This document shows, piece by piece, positions 23,658 through 38,400 of a stretch of DNA of 64,000 nt. Within the stretch, counting starts at the first letter, position 1. Each line of letters starts with the position of its first letter. The stretch comes from Pecten maximus. Lineage: Eukaryota. Below the pieces are notes generated by a model, which ran no database searches, had not been told where the DNA came from, and saw only the letters and a program-made list of their open reading frames with translations. A program made the position numbers and the translations under genes. The stretch covers positions 14,446,001-14,510,000 of the forward strand of contig NC_047022.1 of the NCBI RefSeq assembly GCF_902652985.1. Direction: 5' to 3'.

Positions 23658-26600
23658 ATGGCGGCGGCGCAGTGGTGGGCGCAAGCAAATGAAGAGGAAA
23701 ACCGCCAGAATAAAGAAAAAGAAGAACTATTTGTTTTCGGATATGCGTGTAAGCTTTTCCGTGACGACGAGAAGGCGATTTTAGTGGACCAGGAGAAACA
23801 CCTGATACCATGGATGTCCGACGACAGACTTCTCATTGACAGGTCTGTTCTCCATACAACTCGGGAGCCACAAAAAAAGGTTTCGATTTGAGTCGATTTC
23901 GCGCATTGTACTAACATCTGCCATTAGTTTTCAGCTTCATGGATTTACAGGGAGTATGTGTGTTTACTGGTATGCATCGGCAGTGACCGTTTTGTATGCC
24001 AGTAATCAGATGACCCAATTCTGATGACCTTGCCCTTGGTTTCTTCTGTCAGAATACCATTCTGAATGGAGAATAGGAACGATGATTGTCAGATGGACAG
24101 GAAGCTCAGACAGCTGATGGAGATGGTTCAGAGACGTCACACTTCCATTGATAATCAAACAACTTGCTAGGACCTTTATGTTCTGTCATGTATTTTGAGA
24201 ATGTCAGCACTTGACTTGGCGTTCACAGTTGTGCAGATGTTTTCAGGAATTTGTTTTCAGATGTACATGTGTCCCCCTTGTATTGATGATGCGAGATGAA
24301 ACAAGAGTGTCATATCAAATGGTATGAATTGGTATGCCAGGTGACAGGTATCAGTATGGAATAACTCAAACCACAGAAATTCCATCTAATATGGAAGAAA
24401 ATAAAAACTGTTACATGACAATGTGCGTTTATTTACACATACATGTATACTGTATAAATGTCCTTCATACATGGAAAATACATAGCCCCAATAATGACTA
24501 ACTATTTCATCAAAATGACGCAAACTTTTCAGGATCAGGAACTGATATATGGGTCCGGACCGAATTGTATCGTACTATTGCTTTATCTCTCAATTTGAAT
24601 CTCTCTACACATATAATCCATACATCCGATATTGCAATCTTTCCACTGCAAATTATGCATAATGGGTCTGAGCTACTTCAGACTTTCATGGTAAAATTAT
24701 ATCTCTATTAATGATTTGATAAGACTACACTAATTAAAATCAAATACACGGACACATTTTGAATATTAATGATAAAATCATCAGTTAAGATGTGGCTACA
24801 AACTTGCTGAGAAAGCTCATGGTATCAAATTTTCAGAAAATGTTAGTTTGTGCACATCAAGTTGCAATGTTGACAAAACTACTTCCAAAAATTAAAAGTG
24901 AGACATAAAAGTTTGAATGAAAATTTCAAATTATCAGTTTGTTTGAATATTAAGGGATTATGAGCTTATATATCTTCTTTATTGGCACAAGTTATGTATC
25001 TCCATATGGTCATGATTACGCCAAACATTTGTAGGAAAGTAGGATGTAGAGTTGGGGTTACATGTCATGGATGTAAGACATATTTCAATATCTTTTCACT
25101 TCAAAGTTTGAGCATGACTCATGAATTCACTCCAAAATTTTTTGATTTTTTTTGCATAAATAATAATTTCAACAAACTGTTAAAAAGAACAATTATAAAT
25201 ACAGTGTAGTATCGATGTAGCTGTTGATCAAAGATTGAAGAGCTGTTATTTATAATATGTAATGAGACATATTTGATTTGATATAAAGGTTTATGAATAA
25301 GGGATCACAACAATAAAGAGGTAAAGATATTGATAATATGTGTTACAATCATTGATGAATAGTAATTATTTCAGATTGTAGCAAAGTATCGCTGTTGAGG
25401 ACTAAGATGTGTAGCCACGATTAACATTAATTGTACAGTTGTTTATGTATACCTGTATCATGTATTTGTTTGAAGAATGATTTCATGCAACAAGTTTTAC
25501 ACAGCCATTTTTACTCTGTTACAAAACATTGCAAGTTTCAGTTGGTTAGTTAGATTATATTGTTTATCAGTAAATGGAAAAAAAGTATATCCATTGGACA
25601 TTAAATTTGATCGAAATAATTTGGAATGAAATGTTTCCCTTCTCCCTCCCCTTTTTCTTAATGAATTTTGATACCTTCATACTTGCCAAATCACAGTAGC
25701 TTAAAAATTTAACTACATGGAAGCACTATGGACATTTCTTTTTAAGTTCTTGTATTAAATTCCGGTACATACTTTTGTTGCTGTGTATAGTTAAGGTATG
25801 ATTTGATTCTCAACACTTGTTGTCTCGCTCTGTGCATTTCATTGAGTTCATGCATATGTTGTGTGACATTTCTGCATCACTCCCTTTCCTCCCTGTGATT
25901 AATCTGGTTTTGTGCATCATAAATATTCAATCTAAATGTTACTATGTAGCGTGGGAAAATAAGCAAACTTGATTATGTGCAGTTGAAGAAAAATTATCAA
26001 TTTCATACCAATAATTGGAAATATATTTCAAAACATTTTGAGATATTTGTAATTTTAAATAGCATGATTGTAGAGCTGTTAGGAAATTTTTGGACTTCAG
26101 TCAAACATTTTTTTTGTGGGAAGTCATATCATCATTTGTCACATAAATTATTGTGACTTTGGAACTGACTATCAAATGTAGGTTCTAAAATTAATCTAAT
26201 AGATAGCTATATATAGTTAAAGAAATGGCATCCGAATGCATGTCATTAAAATATGCTTCCTATAACTGCAGATGAATACTTTTGATGTGCATTCTTGTTT
26301 TTACAATGATCACAAAATATGTCCTTTATCTAGTTTAAAACATTTCTGCTTCATGCATGTAAATAGTTTCCTGTTATGCTTGCTCAAATCTGTCTTGGTT
26401 TCGCATCAGTTTTCTGTGTTACATGTTAATTTAGGTAATACATTACTTTAGGAACCATGAGCCTATCCTTACTCTGTTTTTATCTGCCGACAGGTATGAC
26501 GGACGGGGTCACTTGTTTGACCTTTCAGCATTTGATGCCAGCAATGTTAGAGACACCGATCAAACTCTCACTGAAGATGAAGAACATATGGAGAAGTTGT

Positions 26601-29600
26601 GCGATGAAGAGCGTTATCTGGAGCTGCGTACAGATATGGCCGAGAAGACCATGTATGAAGGTAATTGATGCGTCCCCTTTTCCAATTGCTGTGATTTTCT
26701 TACTCTTATTATGCAGGGGCCTGCGGTTTTTTGATTGGGAAAACATGGTCGTGGTTTGTAATATTGGGGAAAAAAACCCAACTTTTTTCCAAGCTCAAAA
26801 ATAACCATCAAGTCTATATACAAATGTACTTAATATGCATAATTTAGCTATGGTCAGTGGAGACTAGTAGAATTATAACATTGGCTTGTTAAAACATTAT
26901 GTAAAATATATTATGATCACAATTTTTTCACATTAATTAACATACAGGAAAATGACATTTTCTGGTTATTTCTGGTTGGGAAAAATGTGAACTAAAAATT
27001 TGGGAAAATAAAGCAAAATTTATCTAGGAGAAGGGGCCTGTATTTGGCCCCAAATGCACCCAAAGAAAAAAACACTGAAATGAGTCAAGTGTGTGAGATT
27101 GAACAATTTAAAAATATAAAATGGAAAAAAAAAGTCCAATAGAGAGCTTGGACATCAAATACTGTTTCTTTTCTCTTACCCCCTGGCACACTGATCCTAA
27201 TTTATTGTGCCTTCCCTTGACTGCAAAAGTCCTTTTTGCTGCAATTTTCAATAAAGCATTAGTATGGTTAACTCCCAAAAATTTTCAAGTATGTTACAAA
27301 AAGCAATCTATTAATTGGTTTGGCCTTAGAGTCATTGGTAATTTATTTCTTTTACAGAGGAGGAGTGGAAGCGTTACTACCTGTCCCTTTCTGAGGGTTA
27401 CAATGCGGTCGGCTTCAGCTATGACTACGCTCAACAAATGGCAGCTGAGCAACACCCACAGGTCAAAATAGGTAACACTGATGAAAAATGTAGATAATGC
27501 AAAGACAATTCATCAAGGTGTAATAAATAATGAGAAAGCAAAAACTTCCAGCAAGAAAACCATCTTTCAAATACATTTTGGCATGTTCATTTAAGACATC
27601 TGGATACTTTTCTTTTACATGAATACCAACACACACTAAAAATTATATCAAGCAATTGTGCACTACAAGGTGTAGTCACTTGTCGAGTTGTTGTTTGTGT
27701 GTATGTAGATGATGAGATGTATTGATGAATGATGATCGACGCCGTAGACTCTTCTTCATATTTATTATGTACAAGTTCTATACATATATGGCAGGTATTT
27801 TTACAATATAAGTCCAATGATAGAGAGTTGTAAGGTGTGTCTCCGCCCGGCCTACTGGCCGGGACTGTCCCGAGGACCAGTCACCTTTGGTCCTAAGGCT
27901 GTCTCTCTCCTAACTCATCGCACTACTTCTTTATATGCTAGGGACGATGTTAATTACATAATCCAAATCACTTAATACTTAGGTAAATATATAACTTGTG
28001 TCCAAATAGACAGTTCTTATGTAAATGGCATTGTATACCCAGGGGCAGTGTCCTTGTCAACAGGTAGTGGCCACGTTTACAAATATACTGCCCTTAGGAC
28101 ATACCGTGCCATCTGAATATCAATTTCCGCATTCTTAATAATTTTTATAAATTCAAAAATAAATCATTATACTTCACAATGATTTGAATAGGTTATGTTA
28201 TGCAATCACATTTTGTTTAAACAGAAGCTGTGGAAGATAAACCATTTGTTGCTCCCGAGGAGTTGCATGTTCCACCTGAAGTCATTGTGGTAAGCACAAG
28301 TATTTCATGATTTAAAGTTTGAATTATGTTTTAAACATAAATCTGTATAATTTATAAATTTTGGTAGTTGTTGTTTTAGCAATATGTTTTGCTTTTAGAA
28401 TAAATTCATAAATTTTGTATTAAACCTAAAATCAGTATATAAAAAGCTAATCTACATGATGTTTTAGTCAATGTATTATATCATTGTGTAAAGTTATATT
28501 TTGCAGCAGACACTATATCATGTATTTTAATTTTGTTGGAATATATATATTACTGGAATTAATATTTAAAGTAATTTCTATTAACTTGTTCCTTCAGCAT
28601 TACTACTTACAATCAAACACTCAACACTGATGTCAAAACAAATTTCAATCTTTTTTCAAATTTTATTTTTTGTTTTGGAAGGTTCATGTCACAGCATTAT
28701 CTGTCTGATCCTAGTTAATTCTTTAACTTCAGTATTATCTTAATGAGATCTGTAATGTTTCAGTCTCTTATGTCCACATATATCAGATTTAGAATTGTGG
28801 GTTGTGATGTTATGGGCTTGAATAATGTGTTATAAAAACATGTACTGGTACTTTTGATATCTAAGTGAAGTGAGAGACATTCGGGCAAGATAATTGGCTA
28901 GTAATAAGCTAAGATTAATAAGTAAAAATGAAGACCTACTTAATTTAAAACATGTTACAGTAATTGTTTACATTTCTTGCTCTGTTGTGTATCATGTATG
29001 CCATTGAAACAATCTTTTAAGAACGCCGATGTGGCGCAGCAGTATAAGCTGCGGGTATTTCTGGCTAGGCGATTGGGTGCCGTAGATCGTGAGTTCGAGG
29101 CCCGATCAGGGCACTCGTCATTTGTGTTGCTAAGTTATATATCTTTATTAGCACAATGTATCATATACACTATGTGTTGGTGATCCGAAGATATAGATTT
29201 GAATTTCCTGTCGTAGTTGTACCGAGAGAAATATATATAACATATTATATATATAATTACTATTTTCCGTACTGCAGCCTGAAACAGAAAAACAGAATGC
29301 GATCATAGAGAAGACTGCCAAGTTTATAGCAGAGCACGGAGCTCAGATGGAAATCATTATCAAAACAAAGCAGTCTAATAATTCACAATTTGAGTTCATG
29401 CATTTTGAGAATGTACTGAACCCTTATTACAAGCACATGGTGACGATGATCAAGTCTGGAAAGTATCGACCCAAGGCTGAAGAGGTACAGGAGGACCAGG
29501 ATAGCAGTGAGTAACATGTTCTCAGTGACCTCAGTTTTACAGGCTGTGGTGGTGAGTACACTGTCATGTGATTACTTCTTTCCAGACAAATTTTATCGTA

Positions 29601-32600
29601 AGAGAGTCATAAGATTTCTGAATTTAAGGTTAACCCCCCCCCCCCCTTTTTTTTTCGGGGTGTCAAGTGGCAGCATTGTCTTACAACATTTCTAGTTTGT
29701 AGATATTGTGAATATAAATATGTTGAACACCGAAGATTTTATTATCTGCAATGTAACATCTTACAAGTAAATTTACTCAATGTCTCAGAAAAGACAATTA
29801 TATATAGCTCACACCTTGACAAGATCTCACTTTTCCAAGATTGCATACTGGTATATTTTATTGACCAGTTTGTATTGCAATTAACCAATACAATATAACT
29901 GCTCAACACTGATTTGACTGATATGTATTATAATTGTAGGCTATGAGGAAGAACAACCAGATGGGTACCTCCATCCCAGCCTGATGATCCAGCGTGCCTC
30001 TCCCACCCCTGACCTCAAACCTATTAAGATGCCAGTAGTCAGCATCCATGACACTCCGTATGGACAGCTCATCAAGTCACTCAAACGTTCCAACAAACAG
30101 CATGAGAAGGCCAAGTACGTTAACACAGGAGTTCACACTGAGAGCTTGTGACTATTTTATTTGTTGATTTCCTGATAGAATTACAAACATTAATCTTATG
30201 ACTGCCAATGAAACTAGTTAACTATGCTGCTTTATAAATAAAAGAAAAAAAAATTGATTTTAAAAGATGAACTGTGATCTAATCCATAAAGTTTTACTTG
30301 TGTTGTACTGAATTTTGTAAATAGTATGGTTTATGATGATAATTCTGTTTGTTAAGCAGTGACAATGCACCTGACCGACAGACTTGTGAAGAAGCGCCGT
30401 CCATACAGCCACCTCCGCTGCCTCCCTTTATGTCTGCATCAGAGTACAGCCCCTCCAATTCGAGTTTGCCCCTTCCTCCAGGGCTTGAGCCTGTCACTCT
30501 CCCGTCCGCGCAGCAGCCCCAGCCCCCTCCCCCAGGGACGGATGTGGGCGGTAACTTCTACCTCAGCCGGGACAGTCCGGCCAGTGAAGACAGTTCTTCA
30601 AGGTAATGCTGTTTGTCAATTGAAAACACAAAAGTACACTCAATCCATTGTGAAATTCTATGTGGTTTATCCTCTCCTCTCTTTTAAACCGAATTTCCTA
30701 AAGTGTATCTCCCTATCTTTGAAAATTATATTGTGTTCAGACTTTTGTCTAAATTGACCTGTCTTGTCAACAAGGTTTAATATAAACATGCTTTTTGTTT
30801 CATATGTACTTTATTTTGTGTTTGTTTTGGCAGGGAATCCTTTAGTATACCTGGTGCTCCACAAATCGTTCCACCCCCACCTGACCTTCAGCCTGTCATA
30901 GACAGAATGGCAATGTACGTTGCCAAAAATGGGGTCGAGTTTGAAATTGTTGTAAAAAGTAAAAACGATCCCAGATTTGCATTTTTGGAGTCCTACCATG
31001 TCCATTACCCATACTACAACTTCAAGAAAAATATTCATATCACAGTAAGTATGATTCTCTTCTAGAAAAGAGGTAACAGGTCAATATTTTTTTTTTTTGA
31101 CGTTTGTGTAAAGTTTAAAAAGGTTGAATTACAAATCTGAAAGGTCAACAAAACATCTCTAAAATATGGACATCTGTCCATTCAAAAGTGTCAACTCTTA
31201 GAGGAGTCAAAAAACATACTCTCAAGGGGTCGAGTGCATGACCACTAATTTGTCTTTATTAAAATTTGTTTATACACTGCTTTACAATGGGTTAAAACAA
31301 AAATTCCTGTGCACCAGTTTTGAAATAACATCATTATGTTTTTCATCAATTGAAAAGTGATTGAATGTGAGGACTGATTTTACACACATTAGCTTGGCCA
31401 GGTATTTCATTTTCGTGTATATTTGACAGGAGACAGCCAAGGAGAAGAGACGCTTAGAAAAGGAACGACCTAAAGGGGTGAGCTTCAGCATCAAAGGCAA
31501 GCCTCGCGAACAAGAGAGTACTTCACTGGAAAAACGTCAGGTGTTTGACAATGATAGCAGTGATGAAGAAAGTAAGTAACCCTCAAGTGTAATAATAATA
31601 ATGTTTTATTCAATTATTGAAGTTAAGTTGTAAAGCAAATCAATTTCTTTTTATCTTTTTAATGATTCAGAAGTAATATTGGATTCCTTTTCTGGTTAAT
31701 TTGGGGAAGAGTTCTGTTTAAGAGTGTGAATTACATTTTAATTTAAAAATGGACATTTATATAAGAACAAGAAATGGTCTAGAAGGATGAATATGTATAA
31801 GAAAGTAAAAAACACTAAGACAGATCAGTGAAGGATATATATACTGAAGTTTGAAAATGTACAAAATTGTTATCAAATCAACTTAAATGTACACTGATGT
31901 GGCTAACATTATACAACTCTGTTCAGCTGTGACTTATTGAAACCTTACAATGTGATATCTTTGTTGATAGGTGATCGAGATAAGCCTTATAAATCTGACC
32001 TATCTGGGACATCCACTCCTGTTGATGCAGATTTCATGGTGTCAGAAAACACAAGGCCAGAAAGTTCAAGGTCAGAATATTCAAAAGCAGAATATTCAAG
32101 GTCAGATCACTCACGGACCGATTACTCAAGGGTGGAGAACAAGGTCGATCGAGCAGAGTTGATTGAGAAGTTAGAACGAAAACAAGGTTTGTATTTTCTG
32201 TCAGAACGAAAACAAGGTTTGTATTTTCTGTCAGATCGATACATGTTTTTTATCACTTTTAATAGAGCAAATATTGTTTATATAGTGTAGAGAAGATGTA
32301 AATTTATATCATGATAGTATTAATTTTAAAGCTGAAAGATAATTGAAAGACAGCTACATTATAATTGATCCCTGGATGAGATAGACCTTTGTTCTATGCC
32401 TTTGTGATATATTGAAAGACCATGAATTTGTAAGATCTCTCCTGTATTTCATCCGAAATATTTCTAATTGAATAGTCTGTGTAAAAGTAAATTATCAGGG
32501 TTGCCAACCTGTAAGTAGCCCAATGTGGGAGATAATTTAATTATTGTTAGTGTAATTTAAAGACACACAGACAATTGAAACATGCTGTAAATGACGCTGA

Positions 32601-35460
32601 CTTTATGTTGAAAATGAGTATAACTGTTGTAGGTAACTTCTTTTGTAAAATTTATGGTCACCTCTTACTATTTCTTGTTCTACAGTTTAAGATATGAAAA
32701 TTGTACTGATTATGAAAATTATCATGTATTTTAGCTGAAGAACGTTTAAAAGACAAAATGGCAGCTGCAGCACGTGAAAAACTAGTCCAGGCTAACAAAG
32801 AGAAACAGATGCAAGCTGAAAGGAAACGAAAGGCAGCCATGTTTATTAACATGCTCAAATCTACCAACGTAGTAGCTTCCACTGCATCAGCTGCAGATGA
32901 CCAACATGACATGGACGAATCAGGTGAGTGAAAAAAACCATGAAAAACTAACACTTGTTATGCCCTGCCATGAAATGAGGTTGCATATTTATGTTACTGT
33001 TCCGTCCCATCTCGTCCCATCCCGCCACCTCCTGTCCCCTCCTATCCCCTCCTGTCCCCTTCCGTCCCGATGCAACTAGTTAATCTCAGGAACTGCTGGG
33101 GTGTCAAGTGGCAGTGGGGTATGCCTTGCAGACATTTTCTAGTTTTAATATTAAGATATCATTTGCTGTGTTTTGTATTTTGTATAAGATATTTTATGAC
33201 AAGTCATTTTAAAGATGCTGGCAATCATTATGCTTCCATTATTGAGTAATTCATTGTTAGTTTGTGTAGGTACAGTCTACTCTGGTCTGTTTGCTGCTAT
33301 ATATTATGTCTTCTGTAGCTTTAGATTATTATAAAGGAAATTGTTTGCATTAACACAGGAGGAACAGGATCATCAGATACACCTATAGGCAGCCGTTCTC
33401 ATACACCCAGTATTCAGGAGGAAGACCGTCTCAGCGACTACTCGGACCGTTCTTCAAGGTCCTCAAAGAAGTCAAGAGAAAGAGGCTCATCTCCGCCCTC
33501 AAGGTCACGCAAGTCGCTAAGCCCACCAACAAGATCAAGGTCTCCAAGAAGGAAACGATCCCCTATACCATCAAGTTCTCATGGTAGAAGTAGAAGGTAT
33601 ACATGCCTCATGTCAAAATCAAATAGAGACTATATATTTAAAAAAAAAAAAAAAGCAGTTGTGGGCTATTATAGATCTCTATATCACTGTCTTTGTTTAC
33701 ATCATAACCACCCAGGTAATCGAATATGAAACAACTTTGATAAAGCACGCCAATTAAAGGATTTTCCAGTGAATAACTTATGATGTTTCTTATAGGTCAT
33801 CATCAAAGTCACCGCCCAGAAGAATTATACCACGGCCTCCAAGTCCTCGTAGGAGAGATAGGTCAAGGTCGCCGAGACACAGGTCAAGTCCTTCCATATC
33901 TCCCAGCAGGTTAAAATCACTGAAGAGGTCACGATCACCATCACCATATAGAAGTTCATCAAAATCAAGTAGGAGGTCACCAACACACAGTGTCAGAAAG
34001 TCCAAAAAGAAGAAGAAATCACGCTCAAGGTATTAAAGTGTGAGCTAAAGTAGGGTTCATTTACATAAATTGAGTTCTTCAGGTGTGTTGGATTGGTGGA
34101 TTATGGTGTGATATGATTATGCGATGATATTATACAATTATTGACCTGTTTATGTTTAGAATTGACCAATCAGGAAAGGGGAAAAGTCACAGTCATATGA
34201 TAAATAATATTATTGTCTTACATTTATTAAGTGCAAATATATAATATAGTTCCTGTTATAAAAAGCAAATTTGGTACATTTATATTAGATATAAAATATA
34301 TTTCTCATGTGTGAATGCATGATAGAGTAACTTATACTCACACTGTATAATCTGTGATGGCTATAAATTACAGGTCTCCTCATCACAAGTCATCCAGCAG
34401 TAAGAGTGTTGGAGACCTAATTGGTCCTGTCGTCCAGAGCTGTGATCTCACCATCAAACAGGAACCACAGTTGTCACACTCCGCTGCAGATGTCACAGAA
34501 AACATAGACAAATCTAAAGCATACACATTTACAGAATTTTCTAACTTGTGAGTAGTCTGGATAAAGAGATTGTGATTAAAACTGTAAATTTATGGTTTTT
34601 ATGTATGTTTTCTAAGGATGGAAAACATTTCCACCATAATAAAAAAAAAAATTTGGCTTATTTCCGAATAGTTTTACAGTCTAGCTATGTATAGCAGGGA
34701 TGCTGTAGTTTACACTATTAAGCTGACATAGTCTATGTTTGCCAAGACAACCACTTGATTTCTAAATATTATTTGTCTACTTGTAATCACTACCTTGTTC
34801 CCCTGTGTTTGTATATATAATAATCTTACATATGAATATAAACATAACGGAATGAGCAATAAATCATAATGAAATGATTTGTTCACAGGCCACCCCTGCC
34901 AGACTGTCTGCCCCCAGAGCCCCCATCAGACTCAAGGGCGCCCCTCCCTCCTCTACCTCCATTACCCCCAGACTCGGACAGTAATAGCTGCAGTCTGCCA
35001 GGAGACTCCAAATCTGAGGAGAAAACTGTTTCAAAGGTAGACATTGGTCATAGTCAACTTTTATTTTATTAAGTAGATTTTTTTTTTCTACATTTTTCAA
35101 GGTTTTAAGGTTAATAGACAATGATTTGGAATGCTATATTTCATGATCATGACTATGTTTTGAAAACATTTAATTCAGTTGTTGATGGTCATATTAGTTT
35201 AATACACAATATTCCTTTTACCGTGTCTGTCAGATGAAGTGAAGGGGGTGATGTTATGTAAATGTGTCCACAGTGTTATCTATAGGGTTTCAAGATAACC
35301 GGATGTTTAGGAAATCTGCTTTTACCACACTGCAGCTCTTTATTGTCACAATACTTCAGTGAATTTCTTGTGTTTCCAGTACATGTTGAACCGTGTCCGA
35401 GCAATCATAAAGGCATCACGACAAGCAATTCTACAGGAGGAAGGAATGGATGATCCTTAA
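23658..35460 (+). CDS. SFSWAP: Splicing factor SWAP (suppressor of white-apricot homolog), ~936 aa, 16 exons
   Basis: Exons: 23658-23842, 26494-26660, 27358-27471, 28225-28289, 29278-29506, 29940-30114, 30360-30602, 30834-31044, 31430-31571, 31971-32186, 32735-32923, 33359-33596, 33796-34029, 34374-34547, 34889-35036, 35380-35460; all GT-AG, phases consistent, 2811 nt. DRY_EERY domain ([17 protein letters not shown]...[10 protein letters not shown]...CDEERY), two SURP domains ([10 protein letters not shown]; [14 protein letters not shown]), [19 protein letters not shown] and an RS-rich region. Confidence 0.95.
29000..29140 (+). mobile_element. Interspersed repeat with tRNA-like head (family A, copy 2)
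   Basis: GCCATTGAAACAATCTTTTAAGAACGCCGATGTGGCGCAGCAGTATAAGCTGCGGG...GAGTTCGAGGCCCGATCAGGGCACTCGTCATTTGTGTTGCTAAGTTATATA matches the reverse complement of 8405-8570. Confidence 0.75.
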
Positions 35461-38400
35461 TACACTCCCAAAACACATCAACAGTTACAGGAACTGGCGA
35501 ACTCAAAATACGACAGTGTTGAAACAGGTGTCAACGATCCATAAATACACTGGTTGTAATGATGCAGGAGTCGACGATCCCTTGATACACTGGTAGTGTT
35601 GATACAGAATTTGACCAAAGAGCACAATATCATTGATTCTCCACAGTCCTTTTAGAGGAATAATTGAGTTTTCAAAGACTGTTAGAAAATAATCTCTCTA
35701 GTCCTATATTGTGAGTTGGGAAATATTCATTTTGCTAGCTTTGTATTCATTTGGGTATTTCATTATTTCTTCACTACAATTTATACAAGAGTGTTTTAAC
35801 TAAACTGATATATCCATTCTCTAGCTAGTTTTGAAAAAAAAGCTCTTAAAAAATGTTGAACAAAATTTTCATGGTCTGTAGTTCAACTGTTCAGTGGTGA
35901 TCATGTTAACATACACACAAATAGTGTCACAGATATTACAGGCTTTATAGATGGAAAGTAATTCCATGTTAGCCTAGAAAGACCCTGTCCAGCTCTATAA
36001 AGTGACTACCTGCCTATAAATAGTACGGTTCCAGCATAAGTTATTAATAACAATCTTGATGTTTGTTTAGAAGAGATTGCATCTCCCTTTCTAGCTTTAA
36101 GTTGATTTAATTTAGTTTAATGTTTTCCAATAAGAGATGGAGGCTTCAATATTATGTGTAAATAATTAATGTTGGTCATTTTTTACAAGTGCTACATGAC
36201 TTTCAACTAATTTTTCTCTATATTACACAAATCTGCTTGAAAGCAAACTGATATGGAAAAGTGTAATTAGTCGGTACAAATTCAGGTAATTTTATAGTTG
36301 AATATATCGTTTTTGTAACAAAATATGTTTAGGTTAAATATTATTTTTCTGTCCTGACTCCATGTTTTGCTGCTATTTGCAGTACTATTGTATGACGTCT
36401 GACTATTATACCACCTCTGGGTTCTCTCATGTATAAGTCAAGTAAAACTCTTATTTCTACTTCTTCACAAAAGATATCTCTGTCTCAGAGATTAGAATAT
36501 GTCATTTTGCACACTAATATGTGTTCAAGTTTTAATGTCATTTTGTGCGACCTGCCTGAGAGGGATATTCTGCTCGAGTTGCAAAATTTCTGGTTGTTCT
36601 GAACAAGAACTCTTTTAAATGACATTTAAAATCATTGACAGCAGTAAAATATCTTTTCTGCGGTCTGACGAATGAACAAAATTGGTGGGAATACCCCCGG
36701 TCAGTATGAAATAAGACCACCTAAACATTTGGGAATCTGGAACTGAAGGCTCACTGGATGATAGATTTTATGTAAGGTATTGGATAAACACACAAGAATG
36801 TGAGCTATTCACTTTAATATAATTTCTGCTGGGATCGCAATTTCATCGCTTTATTAGGCATTAATATTTGTTTATTTATTTGTTTGTTTATAGGGTAAAA
36901 GTTTCTACTTTAAAAATTGATCTAATTTTCATAAAAAGCATTTGATAAAACCTAGCCTGTGTGGAATATCCCTTCAGATGTAGTAATAAGTCCAGGTGAT
37001 CAGATGTCCAAATGTCATGATAAGTCAGTCAGTTTCACTGCCTCGTATTTGTTCTCAAAACTGATTTTGTATCAGGCTTATCAACTCAGCTGGCGTCTGG
37101 TAAATTATGTTTATACTTTAATGTTTGTTGTCTTCTCTTCAGCATATATTTTTACATATGTTTTGTGTGACAGCTAGATTCTGTATTGTATATGTTGTGT
37201 ATATTGGAAGCTTCCCAAGGTTGATAATTATTTACCAATGAGTGAAGTCAAACAAGAGGTACATATTACATTAATGTACCAGTTTCTTGTAATACCAGGG
37301 CAAATTAGTATTGATCTGTAACATATTGATGTTACAGTATAATGGCATGCTTCTGTAAAAGACGGTACTGGTATCATTGTTAATATATCCTGTTTTTTTA
37401 ATCACCCTTTGTCTGATGTAGTGCATCTCCATATTGCATCAGTTTCAGATTAAAATGTGGAGTGCAAATCTGAACATTCAAAAATCCCAAGAAATTCTGC
37501 AATGTTGTGGATTTTATAATGACAACCCTTTAATTTCAATCCGAAATGACTTTCTTATTTCATGTATTAAATAGAAATCAAGTTTACAAGATATCATTGT
37601 AATGTTGATATGTATTTGTTTATTTATTTATTATTTACAGCTTCAGTCTATTACCAAACTTTTGAAACATGCGGAAATATTTTAAAAGGACAAATGTTGC
37701 AAACACCTTAAGCCTTGATTTTGTTATTCAGCAAACACCTTATACAGTGTGCATTCATGTTTCCACCTTATAAGTTGTGAATTTCCCTAGGCTTGAAGTG
37801 GTTTTTTTTCCAGCTATTCTATGACAGTGACAAGTGTACATAATAAATTCCTTGCTTTTCTTCTGTCCATGATTCACTTACTGTGCTATTTATTGATGAG
37901 TGTGTTGAATATTACACTACAACTATACAAAATCAAAGTACAGGATGCTTTTATCAGTTACAGAAAATATGTTTTTTTAACTTATTCATATAAGCTGAGT
38001 TGTATTGTAAACGTATTGACTAGTATATATGAAGCCATGACAAATCCCTTGGTCTGTAGGAATTGTTACAGTTGTGTCTGTTAAAATAGATTATCACAGC
38101 AGTAAAATTGCTTAATTGACAGGGTAAATATTTTAAGCACACTGATCTGACAGGGCTAAATATATGTAAGATCCTGTACTTGTATGGGTTTCTCTTGTAT
38201 ACATTCCAACAGTATAGTCAACCTGAGATGTCATATTTTTGAATACTAAGAACGATCACCTAAGCATAATTTATATATGATTATGTACTGTACATAATAT
38301 ATATTATATACGATACATGTGCTTCACTTTCATCCAAATTAATTCATTGACACTTCTATAACTTTTATATGTGACCTACTGAGTGTTAACTTATTATTTG

